Positions 30,604 to 40,712 of a DNA stretch of 64,000 bases are shown here, one piece after another. Made by a program: the position numbers and the translations under genes. The notes under the pieces are model-generated. The model was not told where the DNA came from, made no database searches, and saw nothing but the letters and a program-made list of their open reading frames with translations. Position 1 is the stretch's first letter. Every line of letters starts with the position of its first letter. Source of the DNA: an uncultured Desulfobacter sp. (lineage in GTDB: Bacteria > Desulfobacterota > Desulfobacteria > Desulfobacterales > Desulfobacteraceae); assembly GCA_963665095.1 (NCBI GenBank), contig OY762069.1, positions 6,592,001-6,656,000 of the forward strand, given 5' to 3'.

Positions 30604-31494
30604 GTGAATAGAAAGGTGTTATTCCGACAGATGAATGTAAACAGATGGACATTAAACAGTTTTTTTTTCGGCGTTATGATTTTGTTGTGTACCGGGTGTC
30701 TGTGCCGGGCCGAATCCGTATGTGACCATGTGACCCTTGAATGGCTGAAATCGCAGGTTCCCATGCCGGATGATACAACCATTGTGTTTAAAAAAGAGCA
30801 GGGCCCGCTGTGTGAGACAGTGATTACGGTTGACGGCGGCCTTGCCCCGGTCTATGCGGGACCGGATTTTATTGTGGCCGGCCGGTTATATAAAAATGGT
30901 GTCTCCATCACCCGGATGACCATGTCCAGTCTGTCTGATGTGGCGGACGCGGAAAGGGAAAAAGCCGAGGAAAAGGAAGCGGCCGCAGCTGAAAAACGTC
31001 AGGCGTTGCTAAAAACACATATTGGGGAACTGGCCGGCCTTGTCTCCATGACCTTTGCCCCGGGCCGTCCTGACCGTTTTATTTATGTGATCTCAGATCC
31101 GGCCTGCAGCCATTGCAAAGCCCTGCTTGACGGTCTGGAGGAACTTTGTCCAGAGGCAGGTATCGGGCTGAAGCTGATCATATATCCCCTTCTTGGCGAA
31201 AAAAGCAGGATGATGGCGGCCCATGCCATGTGTAAAAATCTAAACTATGCCGCCTATAAGACCATGTCGGCAGATGATGTCGCTGACGGATGTGAACAGG
31301 CAGACCAGAAAATTGAGAAAACATTTGATCTGCTGAAAAAAGATGCGCAGATTACCTTTGTGCCCATGGTGGTGGCTGAAGACGGCTCCTGGGTTGTGGA
31401 GGGAAATGATCTGTGCGCAGTAAGAGAATATCTGGGCCTTGACCCGGGAACAGGGGAAAAAAGCGGCGGATGCAGGACTGATGAAGAGGAATAG
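30604..31494 (+). CDS. Exported DsbC/DsbG-like thioredoxin-fold protein
   Basis: Signal-like N-terminus; SDPACSHC (CxxC), IIYPL, cis-Pro FVP; start uncertain. Confidence 0.75.
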   Translation: MNRKVLFRQMNVNRWTLNSFFFGVMILLCTGCLCRAESVCDHVTLEWLKSQVPMPDDTTIVFKKEQGPLCETVITVDGGLAPVYAGPDFIVAGRLYKNGVSITRMTMSSLSDVADAEREKAEEKEAAAAEKRQALLKTHIGELAGLVSMTFAPGRPDRFIYVISDPACSHCKALLDGLEELCPEAGIGLKLIIYPLLGEKSRMMAAHAMCKNLNYAAYKTMSADDVADGCEQADQKIEKTFDLLKKDAQITFVPMVVAEDGSWVVEGNDLCAVREYLGLDPGTGEKSGGCRTDEEE

Positions 31495-31512
31495 ATGGTG
31501 TAAATAAAAATT

Positions 31513-31988
31513 TTAGACATCCTGGCCGGAAAATTCCATCACCTGGATAAATTCGTTGATTGCGGCCTGAAATTCATTTGCATCATCCGTGTACTTGAAT
31601 TCCAGGCCTATCGTTACTTCACCCGGTGTCTGCCGGGCATTTTTTATCTCCCCCGTCACCTGAAGCTCCCTGCGGATTCCCGGAAACCGGCATCTTAAAA
31701 CAAGGGTGTTTTTCAACAGGATTTCCGGCAGATCCTTATCCGCAGCCAGGGTCTGTACCGTACACAGGCAACCGCCTTTGCTGATGTTTTCAATCACACT
31801 GTTACGCTCCTGTTCATTCATACTGGCCTGGGCGGAAATATTGCATTTAAACCGTTTATGGGAGCGTAGTTCATGCAGTTCAATGCTGTAATGCAGGTTT
31901 TATGTTCCATTTCAAGCATCTGAAGAAAAGAGGAGAGGGTAACCCCTTCAATATTGCCACTGATCAGCTTCTCACCTGTTGAATTCAT
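31513..31988 (-). pseudogene. Deletion/frameshift relic joining a DUF4388 N-terminus to a PilZ C-terminus
   Basis: MNSTGEKLISGNIEGVTLSSFLQMLEMEHKTC (DUF4388 start, with SD) switches frame near 31890 into ELRSHKRF...NISKGGC...IGLEF (PilZ RxxxR and D/NxSxxG). Confidence 0.75.
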
Positions 31989-32362
31989 ATCCGCTCCCTG
32001 CTGTCGTTCGTCCCTGAAACATCCTGCCACGGTGGAGCCATTTTAATTAACCTTTCTAAAAAGTAAAGGCCTGATCCTGAAATCAAAAAAGTTGCTTTTC
32101 CCCGTCAAGCACTCTTGTCCTGCCCCGCAGTTTTCAAATACCTGCAGTGCCAGGAAGGATATCGCAAAAGTATTCGCAGGATCATAATCACCATAACTGG
32201 TGAATTTCATTGCTCTTTGGCCTGATGTTGTGTAAATTGAAATAACACATGACATTCTTGTATCAGTAACTGCCCGTTAACGCGGGGCTGCCAGCATATT
32301 AACAACTGACCAGTAATTCTTTGTTTACGATGGGGAAAATCGTTCAAAAGGGGGGCGTTTCC

Positions 32363-34837
32363 ATGGGAAAAGATAAGCATTATCCGGGCCAGGTGCCGGT
32401 AACCAAAGACAAGTCTGTTAAAAGTCTGCACGAAGACATTCAGCAGCACATCATGACAACCATGGGGAATGATTTCTATCCCCCGCGAAAGGACACCTAT
32501 TACAACGGGCTTGCCTACAGTGTCCGTGACCGGCTGGTAAAGCAGTGGCTCAACTCCCAGCGCTCCTTTTATGACAGAAGCGCCAAACGAGTCTATTATC
32601 TCTCCCTGGAATTTCTTCCGGGACGGTTTCTGATGAATTATGTCACCAACATGCAGCTCAACAAGGAGTGCGAAAAGACCCTGGACGAAGCCGGGTTCAC
32701 CCTGGAGGAGATTGAGGAGCAGGAGTGGGATGCCGGACTTGGTAACGGAGGGCTTGGCCGGCTTGCCTCCTGCTATATGGACTCCATGGCTTCTTTGGAT
32801 ATCCCTGGCTATGGCTACGGTATCATGTATGACTACGGCATCTTTTATCAGACCATTGTCAATGGCTATCAGGTGGAACAGTGCGACAACTGGGTACGCT
32901 GGGGCAATCCCTGGGAGTTCAAGCGCAGGGGCTTTCTCTCCCATGTGAAATTTTACGGCCGGTCTGAACCTTATAAGAATAAGGATGGCAAGCTTTGCTA
33001 CAGATGGGTGGACACACAGGATATTAACGCCATGGCCTGCGATATCCTGATTCCGGGGTACGGTACCCAGAATGTGAACAACATGCGGCTGTGGGCCGCC
33101 ATGTCCAGCCAGGATTTTTCTTTGCAGGAATTCAACCAGGGTGACTATATCGGTGCCATGGAGAGCAAGGTGCTTACGGAAAATATCTCCAAGGTGCTTT
33201 ATCCCAGCGACGAGAAAGAGGTGGGCCGGGAACTGCGCCTCAAGCAGCAGTACTTTTTTGTGGCCGCCACCTTCCAGGATATCCTGCGGCGGTTTAAAAA
33301 GCATAACAAGGATCATCAACTCATGCCGGAGCGGGTGGCTGTTCAGCTCAATGACACCCATCCTGCCATTGCCATTCCGGAACTGATGCGCCTGCTTTTG
33401 GATGAGGAACATCTTGAGTGGGAAGATGCCTGGGATATTTCGGTAAAGACCTTTGCCTACACCAACCACACCGTGCTTCCCGAAGCCCTGGAAACCTGGC
33501 CGGCCAGCCTTCTTTCCAGGCTTTTGCCCCGGCATATGGAGATCATCTATGAGATCAACCGGCGGTTTCTGGCCATGGTGGAGAAACAGTATCCTGACAG
33601 GCCCGAACTCTACCGCAGGGTCTCCATTATTGAGGAGGGCCCCCAGCAGCGGGTGCGCATGGCCCATCTGGCCATTGTGGGCAGCCATACGGTCAACGGT
33701 GTGGCCGCACTGCATTCAAGGATTCTTAAAGATAAACTATTCCACGATTTTGATATTATTTTTCCTGGAAAAATTATCAATGTCACAAACGGGGTCACCC
33801 CCAGGCGCTGGGTGCTTCAGGCCAACCCTGTGCTGTCCGAACTCATCACCAAAACCATAGGATCTGCGTGGATTACTGACCTTGACCAGCTCAAAAAGCT
33901 GGTTCCCCATGCAGACGACCCCAAATTTCTGAAGAAGTGGCGGCAGGTCAAATACGAGAACAAAAAGCGCCTGGTGAAATATATCAAGCGTAAAGTGGAT
34001 ATGGATGTCAGTCCGGACTCCCTGTTTGATGTCCATGTGAAGCGCATTCATGAGTATAAGCGCCAGTTGCTCAATATTTTGAATGTGATCACCCTGTATA
34101 ACCGGATAAAAAAAGACCCCGCCCTTAAGGTGGTGCCAAGAACGGTGATTTTTGGTGGCAAGGCTGCGCCTGCCTATGTACAGGCAAAGCTGATCATCAA
34201 ACTTGTCAACTCCGTGGCAGATACCATCAACAATGATCCTGACATTGGCGACAAGCTCAAAGTGGTTTTTATGCCCAATTACTGTGTTTCGGCTGCTGAA
34301 AAATTGATTCCCGCAGCCGATCTCTCGGAGCAGATATCCACGGCAGGGCTTGAGGCCTCGGGCACCGGAAACATGAAGTTTGCCCTGAACGGGGCGCTGA
34401 CCATCGGTACACTGGACGGTGCCAATATTGAGATCATGGAAGAGGTGGGAGAGGATAATATCTTTATTTTCGGGCTGACAGCCAAAGAGGTGGAACAGAA
34501 AAAAGCCCAGGGCTATAACCCATGGGATTACTACAACAGCGACGAAGAGCTGAAAAAAGCACTGGATATGGTGCGGCTGAACCACTTTATTCCGGACCAG
34601 CCGAATCTGTTTCTGCCCATCTGGGACTCTTTGATGTCCCATGGAGATAACTACCTGGTGCTGGCGGATTACAGGGCATTTATTGAGGCCCAGGAAAAGG
34701 TCAGCGCCCTTTACAGAGATCCGGAAAAATGGACCCGGTGTTCCCTGCTGAACACGGCCAATATGGGAAAATTTTCCAGCGACAGATCTGTTCGGGAATA
34801 TGCCAGAAATATCTGGAATATTGAAACCACAAAGTAG
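32363..34837 (+). CDS. glgP: Glycogen/starch/alpha-glucan phosphorylase
   Basis: GLGNGGLGRLASC, QLNDTHP, KRIHEYKRQLLN, EASGTGNMKF (PLP lysine), FSSDR. Confidence 0.97.
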   Translation: MGKDKHYPGQVPVTKDKSVKSLHEDIQQHIMTTMGNDFYPPRKDTYYNGLAYSVRDRLVKQWLNSQRSFYDRSAKRVYYLSLEFLPGRFLMNYVTNMQLNKECEKTLDEAGFTLEEIEEQEWDAGLGNGGLGRLASCYMDSMASLDIPGYGYGIMYDYGIFYQTIVNGYQVEQCDNWVRWGNPWEFKRRGFLSHVKFYGRSEPYKNKDGKLCYRWVDTQDINAMACDILIPGYGTQNVNNMRLWAAMSSQDFSLQEFNQGDYIGAMESKVLTENISKVLYPSDEKEVGRELRLKQQYFFVAATFQDILRRFKKHNKDHQLMPERVAVQLNDTHPAIAIPELMRLLLDEEHLEWEDAWDISVKTFAYTNHTVLPEALETWPASLLSRLLPRHMEIIYEINRRFLAMVEKQYPDRPELYRRVSIIEEGPQQRVRMAHLAIVGSHTVNGVAALHSRILKDKLFHDFDIIFPGKIINVTNGVTPRRWVLQANPVLSELITKTIGSAWITDLDQLKKLVPHADDPKFLKKWRQVKYENKKRLVKYIKRKVDMDVSPDSLFDVHVKRIHEYKRQLLNILNVITLYNRIKKDPALKVVPRTVIFGGKAAPAYVQAKLIIKLVNSVADTINNDPDIGDKLKVVFMPNYCVSAAEKLIPAADLSEQISTAGLEASGTGNMKFALNGALTIGTLDGANIEIMEEVGEDNIFIFGLTAKEVEQKKAQGYNPWDYYNSDEELKKALDMVRLNHFIPDQPNLFLPIWDSLMSHGDNYLVLADYRAFIEAQEKVSALYRDPEKWTRCSLLNTANMGKFSSDRSVREYARNIWNIETTK

Positions 34838-34848
34838 CTGTGATGGAA

Positions 34849-34886
34849 AAACAGGCATGGACGCCAGAGGGTATTCATGCCTGTTT
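34849..34886 (+). terminator. Hairpin terminator after glgP
   Basis: AAACAGGCATG / CATGCCTGTTT stem followed by T-rich tract. Confidence 0.65.
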
Positions 34887-34934
34887 GAATTTTTTCCACC
34901 ACTTTCCCTCATCAGTGGAAACAGGATGTGGGTG

Positions 34935-35227
34935 TTACATTATCGGTTTTGACGCCGTCTGCCTCCTATGAAAATTGTACTGCTCTGCCGTACGGGTCAG
35001 ATAATGGAAGAATGTGGCGGAATCGTCGCCCCCCGCATCCACGCGGTACCATAGAACATCGGATTTGCACCGGTTGACATAACTGGCTGCAAGGGATGTT
35101 TTTCCGGCGCCTGCCTGTCCCTGTATCCATATGGCTGGGTGGCGCCGGTACTGGTCCAGAAGATTAAACAGCCGGGCCCTTTGATACAAACCGGGCAGAA
35201 AGGCGGCAGGGTTTTCGCAATGCTCAT
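34935..35227 (-). pseudogene. Truncated, frameshifted MalT-like (STAND ATPase) regulator
   Basis: MSIAKTLPP then frameshift into RARLFNLL...WIQGQAGAGKTSL...WYRVDAGGDDSATFFHYL; ends after ~100 codons. Confidence 0.8.
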
Positions 35228-35282
35228 AAGCTGTTTTAACCGTTCCGATAATAAAACGCATAGTGTATTTGACTATCTCTTA

Positions 35283-35316
35283 CGTATAGGCAGTGCATTC
35301 CTGGTTGTCAACCAGG
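35283..35316 (-). promoter_or_regulatory. Sigma70 promoter overlapped by a perfect 8-1-8 palindrome
   Basis: Minus strand TTGACA-17-TATACG; CCTGGTTG-T-CAACCAGG at 35300-35316 covers the -35. Confidence 0.55.
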
Positions 35317-35514
35317 TGCGATTTTTTAGGTATTGGGAAGGATTTTCATGCATGGGGGGATAACATAGAAATAGACTGAAATGCAGTTTGTGTTTGTCTG
35401 ATATTTTCCTGATATACCTGTTGACAAAAAAGGGCAGCACAGTTAAATCATGCCAACTGCGCAAAATGAAGTTGTGCTGAAGTTAGAAATTTGCTGAGTT
35501 TAAAATAGATAACC

Positions 35515-35577
35515 AAAAGCCAGGAAGGCTTAAACCGGATACGTATCCGGTTTGGGTCTCCTGGCTTTTTTGTTTTT
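35515..35577 (+). terminator. Long intrinsic terminator in the 5' leader of the TonB/ABC operon
   Basis: AAAAGCCAGGA-A-GGCTTAAACCGGAT acgt ATCCGGTTTGGGTC-TCCTGGCTTTT followed by T tract; G.U pairs on + strand; TTGACA at 35421 upstream. Confidence 0.75.
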
Positions 35578-35687
35578 AAATCAGTCGGATAGGGGAATGT
35601 TGGATGGAAAGTGGGTGTTTAAGCATGGATTGGTAAGCGTTATTACTGTTTTTATGGATATGATAGAGCGATGAAAAGGGAGGATGA

Positions 35688-37832
35688 ATGAAACACGTAA
35701 ATTGGATTCTTTTTACCGCAATTCTTTGTGGGATGTTTTTTGCACATCCCGGATGGGCGACTCAGGATAGTCAGATTGTCGGTCTTCAGGAAATTGTTGT
35801 CAGTGCCCCGAGATCTGACAGAACCGTTGTGGAGACCCCTTCCAGTGTCACGGTGATCACCGCCGACGACATTGAGGAGATGGGGGCCACCAGCATTGTT
35901 GAGATTGTGGAGAGTATTCCCGGCGTTGTTAAGGACAGCGACAGCCGAGAGCGGCTGACATTCAGAGGCAACCGCAGTTCGCAGTCAGCCGGCGTACTGG
36001 TTCTGATTGACGGGGTTCCGGCCAACAGCGGTATTTCAGGGTATGTGGAATTTGATGCCATTTCCGTGACCGATATTGAGCGCATTGAAGTGATCCGGTC
36101 TTCGGCTGCTGTGGCGTTTGGACCTGATGCATCCAGGGGCGCTGTCAATATTATTACCAAAAAGGGAAAAGAGGGCTCATTTGCCGGGAAAGCCAGTGTG
36201 TCATACGGTTCCTGGGACAGTCTGAAGGTCTCTGCCAGTGCCACGGGCCGGGAGGGAAACTGGGATTATGCCTTTGCCGGTTCTTCCTTTAACACGGACG
36301 GCTATGAAGATGATAGCAAAGAGCAGGGCAGTGCCCGGGTAAGTGTGGGGCATAATTTCAGTGAGAATACTCGCCTTGGATTTAATCTGAGCTGGCAGAA
36401 TGCAGAATATGATACCATTTACGGCAAGAGTCTGTGGCAGGCGGAAAATTACCGCCGGGAAAGGATTTTTCCAACCTCGGAAACAGATGACACCCTGGTG
36501 CACAACAGGGAAAATGAAGATGAAAATACAGCGGTCAGTCTTCAGTTCAATACAAAAAATGAGACCTCTTTTTTCAACAGCCTGGTCTCTTACGATACCA
36601 CGGATCATGTCTACAGATATCTGCCCAAACGGCTGAACGCCAGCTACAGCACCACCAGTTCCTACTATGACTACCAGGAGGACAGTGAGCAGGACCGCAT
36701 CCTTGCCAGGGCCAGCGGCGGGTATCATTTCCAGTTCAGCAAAATCAGATACACCCCCACCCTTGGCGTGGATTATGAAGATATTTCATTTGACCAGACC
36801 AAATCATATCCATGGTCACCCACACCGATCTCTTCTTCCCAGCAGTCCGCAGCCAACAAAGGGACACTGGATACGGAAAGGGAACGGTATGGTATTTTTC
36901 TGAACAATGAACTGGATTTCGGTGAAAAGTGGGAACTGAATTTCTCCGGCCGTTTTGACCGGGTGGAATATGATGTTGAAAGCCAGCAGCCCAATGAGGT
37001 GTCCAACACCCATTCTGACTGGTCCTGGGATATAACCCCGGCCTTTCATCCCACCAAGGACGCCACCCTGTATGCGTCCCTGTCCAAATCATACTGGTAT
37101 CCGGTGCTGATCTATTATAAATATGCCATGGAATACGGGGATGACGAAAACCCGCCCGAGGATCTGGCACCGGAAGAGTACCAGACCGTTGAGCTGGGGT
37201 ATAAACAATATGTCAGCCCCATGCTCAGCCTTGCCAGTACAGTATATTACACCAAGGTGGAAAATAAATTCCTGTCACTTTACGACAATTCTACCTGGAA
37301 GGGATACCAGAATGTCGGGGAATCTGAGCACAAAGGTGTTGAACTGGAAGCTTCCGGCCGTTTGAACACCATGGTGGGCTACCGTCTCCAGGGCGCCTAC
37401 CAGAAGGCAGAATGGGAAGACGGTACATTCAGGGCCTATGTATGGGGTGCGACTCCGGCTGACGACACAAGGCAGAATGTGGATATATCCGGACAGGATG
37501 TCCCCCATGTGCCCAAACTCACCGGTACATTCGGCCTGGACTTCTATTTTCTGGAGAGATGGAAATTCAGTGCAGACCTCAATTATACTGGAAAGCAGTA
37601 TGTGGATGTCCTGAACAGATATGAGATCGGCAGTTTTGTTACCACAGACCTCAAGCTGACCTATACCGCAGATAAATACAAGGTATGGATCCTGTGCAAT
37701 AATATTTTTGACAAGGAGAAGGACAATATTTTTAACGAGACCGGCGAAAGAAATTCAGACGGTACCGGTGACAGCCTCTACTATCCGCTTAACGGGCGGT
37801 ATGTTGAGGCCGGGGTGTCCTTTGCCTTTTAA
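35688..37832 (+). CDS. TonB-dependent receptor (BtuB/CirA-like)
   Basis: Signal peptide, TonB box EIVVSA, plug (VLVLIDG, IERIEVIR), C-terminal NIFD...GR..EAGVSFAF. Confidence 0.93.
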   Translation: MKHVNWILFTAILCGMFFAHPGWATQDSQIVGLQEIVVSAPRSDRTVVETPSSVTVITADDIEEMGATSIVEIVESIPGVVKDSDSRERLTFRGNRSSQSAGVLVLIDGVPANSGISGYVEFDAISVTDIERIEVIRSSAAVAFGPDASRGAVNIITKKGKEGSFAGKASVSYGSWDSLKVSASATGREGNWDYAFAGSSFNTDGYEDDSKEQGSARVSVGHNFSENTRLGFNLSWQNAEYDTIYGKSLWQAENYRRERIFPTSETDDTLVHNRENEDENTAVSLQFNTKNETSFFNSLVSYDTTDHVYRYLPKRLNASYSTTSSYYDYQEDSEQDRILARASGGYHFQFSKIRYTPTLGVDYEDISFDQTKSYPWSPTPISSSQQSAANKGTLDTERERYGIFLNNELDFGEKWELNFSGRFDRVEYDVESQQPNEVSNTHSDWSWDITPAFHPTKDATLYASLSKSYWYPVLIYYKYAMEYGDDENPPEDLAPEEYQTVELGYKQYVSPMLSLASTVYYTKVENKFLSLYDNSTWKGYQNVGESEHKGVELEASGRLNTMVGYRLQGAYQKAEWEDGTFRAYVWGATPADDTRQNVDISGQDVPHVPKLTGTFGLDFYFLERWKFSADLNYTGKQYVDVLNRYEIGSFVTTDLKLTYTADKYKVWILCNNIFDKEKDNIFNETGERNSDGTGDSLYYPLNGRYVEAGVSFAF

Positions 37833-37851
37833 GCGGACAGTCTGAATTTTA

Positions 37852-38895
37852 ATGAAAAACTTTATCCTCATTGTGGCCATGGCAGCCTTCATGGCCTGTG
37901 CAGCAGCCCCGGTGGATGCGTCAGCCGGGGCTGTTGCCGAGAACAGGATCGTGGTCATTGAAGATGCCACAGGCACACAAAAAGAGGTCCGGCTGCCGGT
38001 GAAAACGCTGGTGGTGCTGACCTCGGATGCCCTGGAGGTGATCCGGTCCTTAGGGGCATCTGACTGTGTGGCAGGGGTCTATTCCGGAATTTTGAAAAAC
38101 GGCCTGTTCTGGCCCCAGCTCAACGACAGGCCCAAGGTGGGCACCTGGAAGGAGATCAACTACGAACAGGTGGTCGGGCTCAATGTTGATGCTGTACTCT
38201 GTTACGGATCCAGGCCCGGCCCGGACATGGAAAAAAAACTGGCCCCCTTTGGCATCCAGGTGATCCGGCTTGATTTTTACAAGCCTGCCACCCTGCAACG
38301 GGAGGTAACGGACCTTGGCCGGATTCTTGGAAAGGAAAAAGAGGCGGCCGAACTTGCTGCCTGGTATGGTGAGCACTTAACCCATATAAAAAGTTTTCTG
38401 GATACCAATCCTGCACACCCGAAAGTCTATCTTGAAGGGGATTCCAATTACCATACGGCCGGGCCCGGTTCCGGGGGGCACGCCATGTGTGTATCTGCCG
38501 GGGGAGACAATATTGCAGCAAATCTGGCCATTCCCTACCCGGAAGTGACGTCGGAGTGGATTGTGACAGCAGACCCTGAGTCAATCGTCAAGGTCACAAC
38601 CAAGAGTGCGGGCGGGTCATCTTACAGTATGACAGATACCAGGAATTTTGAATCCATCAGAAAAAGCATCATGGCACGTCCTGCATGGTCTCACATTGCT
38701 GCAGTCAGACAGGGCAGGGTGCACGTGATTGCCAATGATATCTGGACCGGCCCCAGGGCGGTGGTGGGCATGTATTATCTGGTCAAATGGTTTTTCCCGG
38801 AGGCATCAGCAGATTTCCATCCTGACCTTCTTCACAGACAATACCTTGAAAAATTCCAGAAAATCCCGTATCAGGGCGTGTATGTTTACCCTTAA
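37852..38895 (+). CDS. Cobalamin/Fe-siderophore ABC transporter substrate-binding protein
   Basis: DATG..V..PV..LVVL, AGGDNIA, V..EWI...DP, AVRQGRVH, GPR motifs. Confidence 0.9.
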   Translation: MKNFILIVAMAAFMACAAAPVDASAGAVAENRIVVIEDATGTQKEVRLPVKTLVVLTSDALEVIRSLGASDCVAGVYSGILKNGLFWPQLNDRPKVGTWKEINYEQVVGLNVDAVLCYGSRPGPDMEKKLAPFGIQVIRLDFYKPATLQREVTDLGRILGKEKEAAELAAWYGEHLTHIKSFLDTNPAHPKVYLEGDSNYHTAGPGSGGHAMCVSAGGDNIAANLAIPYPEVTSEWIVTADPESIVKVTTKSAGGSSYSMTDTRNFESIRKSIMARPAWSHIAAVRQGRVHVIANDIWTGPRAVVGMYYLVKWFFPEASADFHPDLLHRQYLEKFQKIPYQGVYVYP

Positions 38896-38919
38896 ATTAA
38901 ATAAGAACTTTTTTAACTG

Positions 38920-39942
38920 ATGAATGAGATCCAGGACCAATACCAGGGTGCGGGTACAAAAAAGCTCTTTTTTATTTTTTTTCTTTTTCTGGTGCTGGCC
39001 GGTATGGTTGTGGCGGCCCTGTGCCTGGGGGCTTCCACCATGGGGTTTGCCGACTCCCTGAAAGCGTTGATCTCCCCGTCCGGACGCTCTTCAGCCATCA
39101 TCTGGCAGCTTCGTCTGCCCAGGATTGTCATGGCGGTTCTGGTGGGCGGGGGCCTTGCCGTGGCAGGGGCCGTGTTCCAGGCCATCTTGAAGAATCCTTT
39201 GGCCTCGCCCTATACCTTGGGCATTGCCTCAAGCGCCGGATTCGGGGCTGTGGCTGCCATTATTTTCGGTGGCACCCTGTACGGCCAGTATCTGGTGGCA
39301 GGCTCTGCCTTTTTTTTCGCCCTGGCAGCATCCTTTCTCATTCTGGGCATTGCAAGGTTTAAGAGCACCTCCCCCGAGGTGATGATTCTTTCGGGCATTG
39401 CCATCATGTTTTTGTTTTCATCGCTCTCCTCCTTCCTGCAGTACATGGGCACGGTGGAGCAGGTCCATGAAATCGTGTTCTGGTTTTTCGGCAGCCTGAC
39501 CAAGGTGGGATGGCAGGATATCACGGTGGCGGCTGTGATGATTATCCTGCCCGTACCGTTTCTGCTGAAACTCTCCTTTGATTTTAATCTGCTGGCCGCA
39601 GGAGATGAATCAGCCAAAGCCCTGGGTGTCAATGTCACAGGCATCCGCACCGCCGGCGTGATCCTTGCCTCTCTGATTACCGCGGCCAGCATCTGCTTTA
39701 CCGGGGTGATCGGGTTCATCGGCCTTGTGGCCCCCCACATTGCCCGTATGATTGTGGGAAGCGACCACTGGTACTTACTGCCCTCATCCGGGCTCATCGG
39801 TGCCATCCTGGTCCTGGCCGCAGACACGGCCGGCCGCACCTTTTGGGCCCCCCAGGTGATTCCCCTGGGCATTGTCACCTCCTTTATCGGCGTGCCGTTT
39901 TTCTTCTACCTGCTCATGAAAAAAAAGAAGGCGTACTGGTAA
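38920..39942 (+). CDS. FecCD/BtuC-family ABC permease
   Basis: LRLPRI, NPLASPYTLGI, GDESAKALGV, GVIGFIGLVAPH. Confidence 0.93.
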   Translation: MNEIQDQYQGAGTKKLFFIFFLFLVLAGMVVAALCLGASTMGFADSLKALISPSGRSSAIIWQLRLPRIVMAVLVGGGLAVAGAVFQAILKNPLASPYTLGIASSAGFGAVAAIIFGGTLYGQYLVAGSAFFFALAASFLILGIARFKSTSPEVMILSGIAIMFLFSSLSSFLQYMGTVEQVHEIVFWFFGSLTKVGWQDITVAAVMIILPVPFLLKLSFDFNLLAAGDESAKALGVNVTGIRTAGVILASLITAASICFTGVIGFIGLVAPHIARMIVGSDHWYLLPSSGLIGAILVLAADTAGRTFWAPQVIPLGIVTSFIGVPFFFYLLMKKKKAYW

Positions 39943-40709
39943 TGCTTCAGGTTGATGCGCTCAGGTTCGGATACAGAAAAAGAATCATTCTTGATAATAT
40001 CTGCCTTGATATTCACAAAGGGGAGATGGTCAGCATTGCCGGACCCAACGGCACTGGAAAGACAACCCTGATAAAATGCCTTGCCGGCATCCACCGGCCC
40101 ACCAGCGGAAGGGTGAAAATAAACGGCAAGGATATCTTTGAGATGCACCGCCGGGAGCATGCCCGGTGTGTGGGGTATGTGCCCCAGAGCTCTCCGTCCA
40201 AGTTCCCCATCACCGTATTTGAAGCCGTACTCATGGGCCGTCGCCCCTATATTACCTGGAAGCCGTCCAAGGCCGATTATGAGAAAACCGCCCGGGTCAT
40301 TGAGTCCATGAACCTGAAGGATATTGCGTTAAGGGATTTTGACAAGCTTTCCGGCGGGCAAAAGCAAAAGGTGCTGCTTGCCCGGGCCATTGCCCAGGAC
40401 ACCGACTACCTGCTTCTGGACGAACCCACCTCCAACCTTGACCTGAAACACCAGCTCGACGTCCTGGAGATGATCGCAGACCTGGTCAAAACAAAACAGG
40501 TGGCAGCAGTCCTGGCCATGCATGACCTGAATCTTGCCTCACGCTTTTCCCATAGGGTGGTGATGATGAAACAGGGCCATATTCTTTACCAGGGCACACC
40601 CCTAGAGGTGATGACGCCGGAAAATATCAGCACGGTGTACGGGGTTCATGCCATTGTCAGTCAGAATGAAGGCCATCCATATATCCTGCCCACAGGAACC
40701 GTCAGATAG
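39942..40709 (+). CDS. FecE/BtuD-family ABC ATPase
   Basis: GPNGTGKT, LSGGQKQ, LLDEPT, MHDLNLA; TAATG overlap with the permease. Confidence 0.93.
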   Translation: MLQVDALRFGYRKRIILDNICLDIHKGEMVSIAGPNGTGKTTLIKCLAGIHRPTSGRVKINGKDIFEMHRREHARCVGYVPQSSPSKFPITVFEAVLMGRRPYITWKPSKADYEKTARVIESMNLKDIALRDFDKLSGGQKQKVLLARAIAQDTDYLLLDEPTSNLDLKHQLDVLEMIADLVKTKQVAAVLAMHDLNLASRFSHRVVMMKQGHILYQGTPLEVMTPENISTVYGVHAIVSQNEGHPYILPTGTVR

Positions 40710-40712
40710 CCC

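Noticed and set aside
32207..34912. Long minus-strand ORFs of 502 and 391 aa
   Set aside because: Antisense shadows of glgP arising from codon bias; no motifs
34935..35227. malP-malT regulon as in E. coli
   Set aside because: Convergent orientation and a generic MalT-like fragment; adjacency to glgP is probably coincidental
35440..35580. Canonical cobalamin riboswitch
   Set aside because: Only an AGCCAGGA-like fragment; GGGAA, CCCGC.ACTGT and GCCACTG motifs not found
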